Shown here: piece after piece, positions 53,216-64,000 of the stretch
Layout of the letters: every line of letters begins with the position of its first letter
How positions within the stretch are numbered: position 1 is the stretch's first letter
Assembly (NCBI GenBank): GCA_964016885.1
Contig: OZ024742.1
Coordinates: 329,592,001-329,656,000, forward strand
DNA from: Eledone cirrhosa
Taxonomy: Eukaryota
Direction of reading: 5' to 3'
Length of the DNA stretch: 64,000 nt
Notes under the pieces: model-generated
Database searches by the model: none
Told to the model about the DNA's origin: nothing
Seen by the model: the letters and a program-made list of their open reading frames with translations, nothing else
Program-made: the position numbers and the translations under genes

Positions 53216-53996
53216 CTAGCAGAATGGCCCGGCGTTGCTCGGGATTTGTTGTAGGGTTCTTATATATTTGATATATATTTATCCTTATCGAACCTCGTGA
53301 AATATATACGTTTGTTTATATTTTGTTATTGTGTATGCAAAAATGTCTGTCCATAAATATATAATTATATATATATATATATATATTAAAATAACAGACT
53401 AAAGTTTAAGCAAAGAATCACTGCTTTCACCCTTAACAGCATATTCTACCTAAAAGCAGTATGAAGTACATACACTAAGACTAATTGATGTAATCTTTGG
53501 CCTTGTTTGTTTATATTTTGTTTTTGTGTGTGCAAAAATATCTGTACACAAATATCTATATTAAAATAACATATTAACGTTTAAGCAAAGAATCGCTGCT
53601 TTTAACCTTAACGGGATCTTCTTAAATTAAAACAAATCAATCTGGAAAACAGGAAGACGATACTTTGGTTCGTGAAGACGTTCTCTGGCATTAGAATATA
53701 TATACACAAGCACACTGATCGCGTCATAATGACGTAATGCAGACAGTCAGGCTATTATGAAGGGGCGACGTCATATCTATGTATCTATCTAAAAAGAGAA
53801 AGACTAAGAGAAAGAGAAGAGATCGCTAAATCGCCTAATGCGGTCCCTAGGGCATTGAACATTTGAAATTATTTTTGCTCAAAACACTTCCGGGGTCATA
53901 CGAGTTACATGTATAAAGTTTGAAAAAAACTGGTTGGGTACTTCTCGAGTTTTAGGGAAACTGACACACAGACATCCTCTGTTTTATATATATCGA
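53216..53996 (-). mobile_element. Non-autonomous Helitron
   Basis: Minus strand starts TCGATATATATAAAA..tgtctgtgtgtc and ends with hairpin cccgagcaacgccggg, then ccattctg CTAG followed by T. Confidence 0.8.
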
Positions 53997-54032
53997 CTAG
54001 CAGAAAACCACCTATGGGCGGTTTTCTGCTAG

Positions 54033-54350
54033 TCTATATATCTAAAACAGAGAATGTCTGTCTGTCTGTCAGCTCACTAAAACTTGAGAACCATCCAACC
54101 GATTGTTTTCAAACTTTAGACATGTAATACTTATGGTCCTGTGAGTGTTTTGAGCAAAGATTATTTCAAATTTTCAATGCCCTAGGGACCGCATTAGGAG
54201 ATTTAGCGTTCTCTCTATATAATTCTTAGTCTTTCTTTTTAGATAGATACATAGATATAACGTTTTACGCCCTTATAATATCTGTCTGTATGTCTGGTTG
54301 TCTGCATTACATCATTATGACGCGCTCAGTGTGTGTGTGTATATATATAT
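54033..54350 (+). mobile_element. Helitron 5' portion, inverted relative to 53216-53996
   Basis: TCTATATATCTAAAA..(GTCT)n; mirrors 53697-53996. Confidence 0.75.
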
Positions 54351-54515
54351 GTATCGTAATGCAGACAGCAAGACATAGCTTTCCTTCCCCTCGTCCAGCG
54401 TCTCTCTCTCTCCCTCCCGCTACCCCCCTCTTGTAGTCTGTCTCTTTCTTTCACTCTCACTTTCTCTCTACGCGGCGGACAGACAGACAGAGAAATTGGT
54501 GGTTATATATTATAA

Positions 54516-54556
<41 letters not shown>

Positions 54557-54704
54557 TATATTTATATATAACAGTAGAACGCTGGTGGGTTATATCCATG
54601 GGACGAGGGTTTGGTAGAAGTAGTTCCACAACAGTTAGTTCACCATTCTGAGAACAAATTGTTCACCTTATTCGGAGCATCAGCTCGGACTGTTGTGGTA
54701 CTAC

Positions 54705-54775
<71 letters not shown>

Positions 54776-55964
54776 TGAGTTATTAACTCATATTGATACC
54801 CTGCAATTAACAAGATCAATACTGAGCATTATAATATTAATATATGTAGAAATAAACACACTAAATTCTGCGTCTAAAATTACGTGGGTAGATTATACAA
54901 CAAATGTTTTATATATTTTATCTGAAACATACAGTAAGATACAAAACTTCCTATACATACCGTAGCAATAACGATTTCATCTCTCGGACGGACTAATGAT
55001 ATAATCTGTTTCGCCCTGAAAATTGTGTTTGTAGGCATTTCATCAGCGAGAGATTAGATTAAATGAAACAAAACACATCTAACAAGAAACTCACGGAAGT
55101 AAATAATGTACCTCGTGGGTTGAAAGCTATACGTGGTGTGAGTGGTTCTGTTAGAAATAATAGCCTAATTAGACTCATCTTATAAGCTCATAGATACGGT
55201 ATTTATAGAAAGTCTTGTATCTTACTGTATGCTTCAGTTTAAATATATAAAACATTGCGGTATAATCTACCCTCGTAATTTTAGACGCATAATTTACTGT
55301 GTTTATTTCTTCATATATTAATATTATAATGCTCAGTATTTATACTTTGAGCTTGTTAATTGCAGGGTATCAATATGAATTAATAACTCTATAATTAATT
55401 TGTATTTCGGCTCCCTATCTGGTGAGATTATAAGATGAGTGTAATTAGGCTATTATCTCTAGCATAACCACTCACACGACGTATAGCTTTCAACCCACGA
55501 GGTACAGACAGCCCCCTATCCACGAAATGCCTCTCTAGTAACATTGTCTACAAATGTAAGGTTGAAACAGCCACGTCCCGTAGGGCCTACATATGGTTAA
55601 CCGTCAATATATTCAAGCAGCCTCTTTAAAGCATACCCATTCTTTTCGTTACCCTTTAAGAAGGAATATGACGTCACTTTCAGCTTATATTTGGAGTCTA
55701 AAAGACAACCAGACCCAATATGAGTTACACTGGGAGATCCTAGCTAGGGGTAGATCGTATAACGGAAATAAAAGACTATGCGGCCCTGAGGCCGCTGAGG
55801 CCCTGGAAATAGTCTACGCCAAAGACCACATCTTAAACAAAAAACCTGAGGCAATTTCGGCTTGTAAACATAAATTGCACAGCACTTTCCTTTATTACAG
55901 CCCACATTATACCCTAACGGATAGTACGAACTATTCGCGGATATACTACGTCTTGATGTGGTAG
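54776..55964. mobile_element. Rearranged PLE remnant: interleaved inverted repeats, HHR and GIY-YIG fragment
   Basis: Inverted repeat A 54776-54964 / 55194-55390; B 55108-55183 / 55428-55505; from ~55508 PLSTKCLSSNIVYKCKV..TSLSAYIWSLK..WEIL..CKHK. Confidence 0.75.
54979..55054 (-). ncRNA. Full type I hammerhead ribozyme with complete stem III and GUC site
   Basis: atctctcg CTGATGA aat gcct..gggc GAAA C a gatta-tatcat-tagtc c GTC cgagagat; 8-bp stem I. Confidence 0.75.
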
Positions 55965-56174
55965 CTAAGTATATGTTATGTTTATACCATTACTTATTTG
56001 TATAGGAAAGTATATATTACCTGCATGTTTTGTGAAAGTACGTATACTTTCTCGTACCTATATTTGATTGTATATGTTATGGCGTATATATTATATATTC
56101 TTGTACATATGCTTTTGGTTATGTGTATACTTGAGCTTTGCGTCTGTGTGAGTATGCGGGTTCGTACGTATGTA

Positions 56175-57490
56175 GGGTGTGTGTATATGTGTACTTTGTG
56201 TTTTCGTTGATGCACGTCGCCGTACATATGTGTATTTACATGTAGATATGTGTGTGCGCTTGTTATATACGTATTTATTTATTTATATACGTTTATTTAA
56301 TTATATGTATACACGCACACACAAACACATATATCTATATATATATCTAGGGCGGGTAAAATTCTCGTGATCCATGGACGAGTTCTCTCCAGCGGTCTCT
56401 GTCCTTCATTATCGCTGCCATTATGCTGAGGATGGCTCTGAACATTAATCAGTATACACTGAGGATGAAAAACACAGAGATGTATGGGAGCCTCCCTAAA
56501 GACAGCTCAAAAGTGACACAGAGGTGACTGAGTTTAGCTGGACATGCTCATCGACATCCAGAGTTGACAATGCACTCAGTGCCCCTGTGGGAGCCTCTAC
56601 ATGGACACACTGGAAGAGGAAGAACACGGTTAACGTATGTTGATGCCCTAAGGACAGACACTGGTCTGTTGGAGACGCAGGACATGGCAGCGATATATAT
56701 ATAAATACATACATTTTTTTTTTTTATATATATATTTTTATGCGTATTTGGTGTATTCATTCCTATGCCTGCGGGTACAGGCGTTGGGTGGGTTCTGTAT
56801 GCGCGTGCGGTTTTTCTTTTGCGTACGTGCGTGTATTTGTATACCTATGGCGAGTATTTTCACGTATGCTTGTGTATGTACGTATATGGATGCGTGTATG
56901 TATTTATTTAATTTCTTTGACCTCTGTATTTTATTTACTTTATTCTTAACTCTGAAGCGGAGAATCATTCGGTTTCCTAGTTAGAATTTTAGTCTACGAC
57001 TTCAGTTATACCATTTACGCGGTTTTGTCTCTGCGTGCAATTGTTCTCCCCTCTCCACATATGACGTATTATCTTCGTTTTTTTCCCTTCATTGCCAGAG
57101 AACGTCTCCACAAACCACCTACGACAACGACTCCTTTTATACCATAAGCGTGGTTTTGTCTTTGCGCGTAATTGTTTTTCACAGCTCCAAATAATGGCGT
57201 ATTATATTCGTTTTTTCCCGTTCTTTGCCAGGGAACGTTTCCACGAACCTAAGTATCGTCTTTCTGTCTTCCTCCGGTTGCAACGTTTTTGGAAATAATC
57301 ACTTCTGCGTATACAGATTGACTTTGTTAGTTTCAGAAGATCCCGTTAAGGGTGAAAGCAGCGATTCTTTGCTTAAATTTTAATCTGTTATTTAATAAAT
57401 ATTTGCTCTACGGTTCTTATATATTTGATATATATTTATCCTTATCGAGCCCTCTTTGGATTTTAGTCTTCAAATTTATTATTATTACTA
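56175..57490 (-). mobile_element. Non-palindromic copy of the 46818-47652 repeat family, interrupted at ~56348-56692
   Basis: Reverse complement of the left arm plus spacer of the foldback. Confidence 0.75.
56348..56692 (-). mobile_element. Short insert with an RTE-like 3' end
   Basis: Minus strand MKDRDRWRELVHGSRE resembles RTE C-termini; sits in a TA tract. Confidence 0.4.
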
Positions 57491-57568
57491 TATATATATA
57501 TATATATAATAGTATAACACTGGTGGGTTGCATCCGTAGCTGTAGCGCACTCAGTCCAAGTCCACTTA

Positions 57569-57613
57569 AACCGAGCTGATGATACGAATAAGATGAAACA
57601 ATTGTTCTTGGTT
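57569..57613 (+). ncRNA. Minimal hammerhead motif (relative on the minus strand at ~54650-54690)
   Basis: aaccgag CTGATGA tacgaataagat GAAA CAATTG TT cttggtt; 7-bp stem I; stem II decayed. Confidence 0.6.
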
Positions 57614-57791
57614 ATGTTGAACTAACTGTTGTGGAACTAATTCTCTCTCTCTCTCTCTTCCTCTCTATTTATCTATATATCTATCTATCTCTCTCTATAT
57701 ATATACTTAGAGTAAACATTGATGCCATTCAATTCAAGCACTAAACGTAATTATTCCACATAAGAGTGACGGAGTAAATATCGAATAGGGA

Positions 57792-58240
57792 AAAGCGAAG
57801 TAGTTTCAGATGTTCAAGTCCTTTATTAATAATGCTGTCATATATATTTCAATGGTGACAGTGGCCAGACTGTTCCGTGCGCCAGTTCCGCGACATCGTC
57901 AGACAGCTTGTTACATAATAAGGTTATGTTTCCGAGGCAATCCAAATTGAATCGACATGGAAACGGACGAAGTGTGTGCCCTTGGGTTCTTCATCCGTTT
58001 CCAAAATAGAACGTAATACTATCTGAGGCCACTGTCACCATTGAAATATATATCACAGCATTATTATTAAAAGACTGTACGATCTGAGTTCAAATCCCAC
58101 CGAGGTTGACTTTGCCTTTCATCCTTACGGGGTCGATAAAATAAAGTACCAGTAATGCCCTGGTAATTGCTGGCCTTGCGCCTACAGTGGAAACAATTAT
58201 TATTAAAGGACTTGAACATCTGAAACTACTTTGCTTCTAC
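57792..58240. repeat. Inverted repeat whose right arm is split by a SINE
   Basis: 57792-57868 mirrors 58022-58076 plus 58198-58240. Confidence 0.85.
58077..58195 (+). mobile_element. tRNA-derived SINE (5' truncated) with 17-bp TSD
   Basis: attattattaaa(a/g)gact at 58060-58076 and 58196-58212. Confidence 0.85.
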
Positions 58241-58244
58241 TTTG

Positions 58245-58276
<32 letters not shown>

Positions 58277-61264
58277 TATAATTGTTTCTTCGTATGGCAC
58301 AAGGTCAGCAATTACACAGTGCATTACTGGTACTTAAATATACATTATATTTATATTATATATACATATAATGTGTTTATATAATGGAGTGTATTTTACT
58401 TGTTCGAAGATTAATATGAATAAACAGTAATATGAGATTTGGATGCTATTGACATGACAATATCAACGCATCTTTTTTCGGATATTTAATTTTTTTTATT
58501 GAAATAACATGTTTCAAGGTAAAATCTTTGACATACAGTGCACGATAAAATTATGTGGAAACATAATAGCAATATTGATGACGACTGCAATAATATATGA
58601 TAATTTTGTGATGAATGAAAGAATGATGGGCACAAATGTATACAGTGTAGTGATTATATGGTGGTAAAGTGTGAATGGGTCTGATTTTAACGCAAACATT
58701 AGACTTAAGAAATGCGACGCAAATGACAAGATTTCAAAATGAAGTGTAATACGAAATTTAATTTTGTCAGTAAAGATTTGCTTGCAGTTCTTTCTGGGAA
58801 AACATTCTTCTATCATCAGACGTTCGAACAAATATCGATTATTTCACTGGAAACAAGGAGACTTTATAGATTTGCATTTCATTACTATATAATTATAAAA
58901 TCTAAATACATTTTTATTCACAGGCGTCGAAATATCTAGGATAGATTTTACTGAAATACGACCAGCAGATGTGCTATTTCCCAGAAAATTCAATTAATTA
59001 CTATAGTGAAGGAAATAACGCTCTATTTTTTGTTGAAATGAGTGTCGTAACACTGACTCCCACCAAACATGTCAGTAAATCATAAAACATATATGTAAAG
59101 ATCTTAAAAGTGAAGAGCATAAGAAGGCGTGTTGATTTTGAATGACTCGGATAATTTCAAATGTCATCAAATATGGCATTGTGATCCTTTTGTGTGTGAC
59201 ACGACTATAATAGAATATAAATGAATATTCCTAATATTGATAGATGTTTTAACAAACCTAGATTGACAAAATATAATTTGAGCATACTTGACATCAAATA
59301 TGGGATCTAGATAAATAAAGATTTAAAGGGATGTATATACAGTATGCTTATGATAAACGTAAATCTACTAGAATTATTTTGAAGGACTGTGACCTAGTGT
59401 TTAGAACGTTAGGTTCATGTTCGCATGAACATATGTTTGATTTACAGTGGTATCTAGAGTCCTTGAGAAAAAACAGTTAATCTCACATTGATCCAGTCCT
59501 CAAAGCTGGTAAAATTGAGATCCACATATGATTCAAACAACTAGCGTTTTTCAAACTGTGTAGCACTTAGTCTTAGTAAGAAATATGTTAAGGATACGCG
59601 TGGTATGCTCATCCATTTCAATAATAATTTCGTGATAAGGCTGGATAGACGTATACAAAATTGGAACAGTGTGATCGGAAATGATGGAGGTCAGCAATCT
59701 CCATATATAGGGTTTAAGCTGCGTCATCATTGGGTGAAGAGCACTCGATATATGTAAGTACCATTTAACAACCTGTGCTGTTCGTCATACTTATTAATTT
59801 ACACGTACACGCCGGGACTAATTCAGATAACGTGTGAGCTATATTTATTAGGGATAATTAACAATAATATTAACACAGCGTAATTCAGAATAATGGCAAT
59901 AAGGATTTATACAGAATGTTTATGAACAAAAATATTTAATATAATCTCAAAGTCATATACAAAATGTATGATCAGGTCATATGCACATCATAAATCTGAG
60001 TAATTTAATTTTTGAATATTATGTGTGCAAATTCCCTCTCTTAAACAGGTTAATAATGCTTCTACTACATGTAAAATACATACCTTGTGATCTACAAGCT
60101 AATCTATTCTGTATTATAACGAGACGTAACTGATTAAAAATTGCCTCTATACTTATTGCGTGTAACAAGTGTCATGTTCTTTTCTGAAGAAATAAATCAA
60201 GCGAAGTTCTTACTTGACATTCTAAATCATATAGTTTCTTCATGATTTTTATTAGCATTCACTGCTACACTTATTTTTACTGTATATGATTTTGAGTGAA
60301 CATTAAAAACAACATACGCCGCATACAATAAATCATTAAATTAATTATCCATGTTCTTGCCAATCACTTTGCTCTAATATTTCTCTAACATTTTCAAACT
60401 ATCTAAAAAGACAACTACAATGTTAAATGAATTTCGGTTATCCACTCACAACCATAAATATTTGTAAATAAGATTAGAATAATAAATAAGAACCTATCCT
60501 TTGTGAAGAAAATCCCTATCATCGTGGCTCATAGGTCATTGGTGCTTAGTCCATAATTATGTGGCACTGCTGTGACCACACCATGCGCATATAAACCCGC
60601 TGGACTACACCACTTTCGAATTCTGAATAGAGCCAGCTGATTTATCCCGATTTAATAGGCTGAGAGGGAAGTGAAAGTAAAATATAGAGGACTATTCGGC
60701 GTCGGTTTGAAATTCTAACATCATTGATGAACATCGGAGAAATAGGAGAGGATTTTACATTTGTCGAACAAATATAGCCAAACATTTTATCCGACGATGT
60801 AAAGGGTCTGTAGTGACTTAAAATCCGCGGGCTCACATACATTCTCTGTGCGTGATTTGGCTCAGCTCAGCCAGTCAGCGCCAGGAGAAGAGGATGTATC
60901 CCTGCGCGTCCAGAGGGAGAAATAGCCCGCGAAGATTTGAGGAATCTCACTCCGGCAACTTGACCATGCTAAGGTAAACACCACTTGTTCTTTTGCTCCG
61001 TAAGCACAAACAATATGTAACGACACAACAATTTTACTACGGACCTGGCCAAACGCCTCAGCCAGTCGACCGTATTTTCTCTTGTAATCTTAATTGAATT
61101 ATTTCATTATTCTTGGCATGCCAGCTTAATTCACTTCTTAACCTTTGTTAATAAATTATGTAAAAACAAGCTAAAGTCGTTGACGATATTCCTATCATAT
61201 CTTTCTACCAAAGATGGTTCCTCGTGGCAACATTACAACTTCTAAATATAACTCTCTGTTAAAT

Positions 61265-61279
61265 TGGTGACCCTCGACG
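61265..61279 (+). promoter_or_regulatory. Primer binding site (tRNA-Trp-like)
   Basis: TGGTGACCCTCGACG 1 nt after the 5' LTR; resembles TGGTGACCCCGACG, the complement of the tRNA-Trp 3' end. Confidence 0.8.
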
Positions 61280-63201
61280 ATTATGTATGAAAACGCAGCC
61301 TATGTGAATTCGCCATTAGTTTTAATGGCTACGTGGAGTGGCTTAACATTTGGAATGTTCGAATCGGGTAGCTAGACTCACTTAGCGTAAGTCCATAAAA
61401 TTCATAATATTCCATCTGTTGAAGCACGCGGCCTGCACAATGTTTCTGTTTAACTTTCATGGTAACACTAGTGACTCACGCATACAGATGAACACAAAAA
61501 TACAACACAAAAGAAAGAGTTTTTTCGACGACTAACAACAATTTCTCTTTTGGATTGAAAATTATGCGGTGTCTTCTATCCGGTTGAGGTGGTTTGGTAT
61601 ATTTCAATTAGTTGATAAAATGAGTACGGTGACCACCGACTAAGAACAACTTGCCTTGCAAGCATAGTTTGATAAAAAAAAAAAAAAAGGATTTCTCTGG
61701 ATATAGAATTTTGCTTTCAAACTTCTGTTAAAGTTACAAAATGGAGACTCAAACATTTTGTTTTCCCGCGTACAGCTTGTCTTCTGCAATCCCAGCAATG
61801 TGATTGGCTGCATCGTGCCACATGACGGCTTCTTCATCACGGACACATTTTTCGATCGGCCATCTTGGGATTTTCTTGCCGAATAATTTTCATGGAAAAT
61901 ATTTTTTTTTATTATTCAAATTTTCTTTAGAATAGGTTTATAAAAAAAATTAGCAGTATTTCAAAAACTTTACGCCACGAGGAAATTTCAAAACGGCTAC
62001 CACCAAGTACCACCCATTAGCAGCAACACATAGCTAACTATTAATCAACACCAGAGAACGGCTTGTAACTTTACCGACGCAACCACCATACCTTCTGTCT
62101 CGTTACCACAAGGACTCGAGAAATTAAGACAGTAGTTTTCTCACCATTATGGCGTCAGACGTGGCTGCCATGTTGGTGACTCTAGGTTCTTCAACGTTCG
62201 ACATCTACTCTACAGAAGATTCATTGTAACTTTGCTTTAACAACAACAACTCTAGTAGCTCTCTAGTAAGAGCGTTCCCAAAGAAAACTGAAGCGAACTT
62301 GTTGTTATAAGAAAAGAAACAGTTCTTTCTTCCTTCCTTTTTTTTTCAGGCATTTATTTTGGACATTTTTTTTTAAACTGTACTATATGAAAATTCATTT
62401 CTCTCTATCATTGTATATGTGACCGCACGCTCACATTTTCTTTGCTGTATTACATGCCTGCATATATACACACACCAACATGTTGTTGTCTATGTTATGT
62501 GATCTTCAAGCGTCGTCATATTCTGCGAGATCCCTTTTCACCTTCTGGAAGTACCAACACATGCTATCGACACTTGCAGCTTAATTCACCTGCAACACAA
62601 CACGAGAATGCTAATTGCAGCTGAACTCAAACAGTTTCGCATTTCGTTGCACATTCATTGTCCATAACAACCTCTATCTTGTTATCTTACCCAACTCACC
62701 GGGAAAACAACAAATAGAACTGGACTTATCAGCATTTCCACCACTTCTGTGGATTCGCCCGAATTGTGGGACTGCAACCAACCTACAGATTCAGCCTGCT
62801 TTTTTTTACTTATCAAAGCAACCAGCCATTTTTTCCTTGCTCCCTAGCACATTCGGCAATACATCTGGGAGGCCCACATTTTCTCGCCTACCCATCATCT
62901 TCTTGCCAGCACTGGTAAACTACCATAATAGCTTCGTCCACAGCTACTGGTACAACACTTACCATTAACATTTAATGCAAGAACAGTAACTTCGCCCATG
63001 TCAGACTTTATCCGTTTTCTGTTAGACCTTTGGTGGTCACGTATAAACTACAAAACGGCTAGTCATTTAACAGCGGCTCAACACGGCCCGTAGCGCCTCA
63101 TTTTTTTTCTTGCATGCATCCTTCTGCTCAATTATCTTTTCACTGATATGCGCTTTCAGCATTTGTTCTCGCTGATTCAATAATCTGTATCGACTTCCGT
63201 C

Positions 63202-63212
63202 AAGAAGGGGGG
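63202..63212 (+). promoter_or_regulatory. Polypurine tract
   Basis: AAGAAGGGGGG 3 nt before the 3' LTR. Confidence 0.85.
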
Positions 63213-64000
63213 TATTGTAGTGACCTACAATCCGCGAGCTCACATACATTCTCTGTGCGTGATTTGGCTCAGCTCAGCCAATCAGCGCTAGGAGAAGAGG
63301 ATGTATCCCTGCGCGTCCTGAGGGAGAAATAGCCCGCGAAGATTTGAGGAATCTCACTCTGGCAGCTTGACCATGCTAAGGTAAACACCACTTGTTCTTT
63401 TGCTCCGTAAGCACAAACAATATGTAACGACACAACAATTTTACTACGGTCCTGGCCAAACGCCTCAGCCAGTCGACCGTATTTTCTCTTGTAATCTTAA
63501 TTGAATTATATCATTATTCTTGGCATGCCAGCTTAATTCACTTCTTAACCTTTGTTAATAAATTATGTAAAAACAAGCTAAAGTCGTTGTCGATATTCCT
63601 ATCATATCTTTCTACCAAAGATGGTTCCTCGTGGCAACATTACAACTTCTAAATATAACTCTCTGCTAAAGGTCTACCAAATCGTTGGCGGTATTATACT
63701 TTGACAAGGTACTATTCTGCAATGCCGTAGAGAAAATAAGATATTTCAATATTCATTAAGACATTGTATTGACACTATAGTGTATTATGACTATAAAAAA
63801 AAAAAATCTTATGTTCAGTACCTCCATCAAATATTAATGTATAATAAACTATATATATCATTTCATCTCAACACGGCAAAAAAATAATTCTTCAGCCAGC
63901 TATAACTATAAGCGATTTGATGAAAATATTGAAGTATTGAGCTATGTTTACGCTGAAAATGCTGCTACGCATATTCACATCATAAACAATAATAGTAACA

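Larger units (their letters stand above)
60809..63670 (+). mobile_element. Non-autonomous (Gypsy-like) LTR retrotransposon
   Basis: 455-bp LTRs 60809-61263 and 63216-63670; TSD GGTC at 60805-60808 and 63671-63674; PBS; PPT; no intact ORF. Confidence 0.92.

Noticed and set aside
60809-63670. Duplicated promoter or first exon of a host gene
   Set aside because: TSD, PBS and PPT identify the repeats as LTRs

Overview
AT-rich, microsatellite-laden animal intergenic or intronic DNA. The SINE family and repeat landscape suggest an octopus-like cephalopod (inference). No host gene could be supported. The window is a mobile-element mosaic: (1) a young Penelope-like element (PLE, Naiad-type motifs) with an intact 737-aa RT+GIY-YIG ORF and direct plus inverted pseudo-LTRs; (2) a ~7.4-kb head-to-head palindrome of a second PLE whose two RT copies both read YVDN; (3) a GC-rich, internally deleted Poseidon-like PLE; (4) a full-length and a truncated Tx1/L1-clade LINE, both in (AAT)n; (5) R4/Dong, RTE and CR1 relics and tRNA-derived SINEs; (6) Helitron-derived palindromes; (7) a complete non-autonomous LTR element with PBS, PPT and TSD. 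The most striking hidden layer is about 18 hammerhead-ribozyme (HHR) motifs, several with very long stem II. There are also recurrent DNA palindromes whose axis is a functional hairpin (HHR stem II or the Helitron 3' hairpin), suggesting fold-back priming. All pairings and identities were read by eye; no folding program or database search was run.
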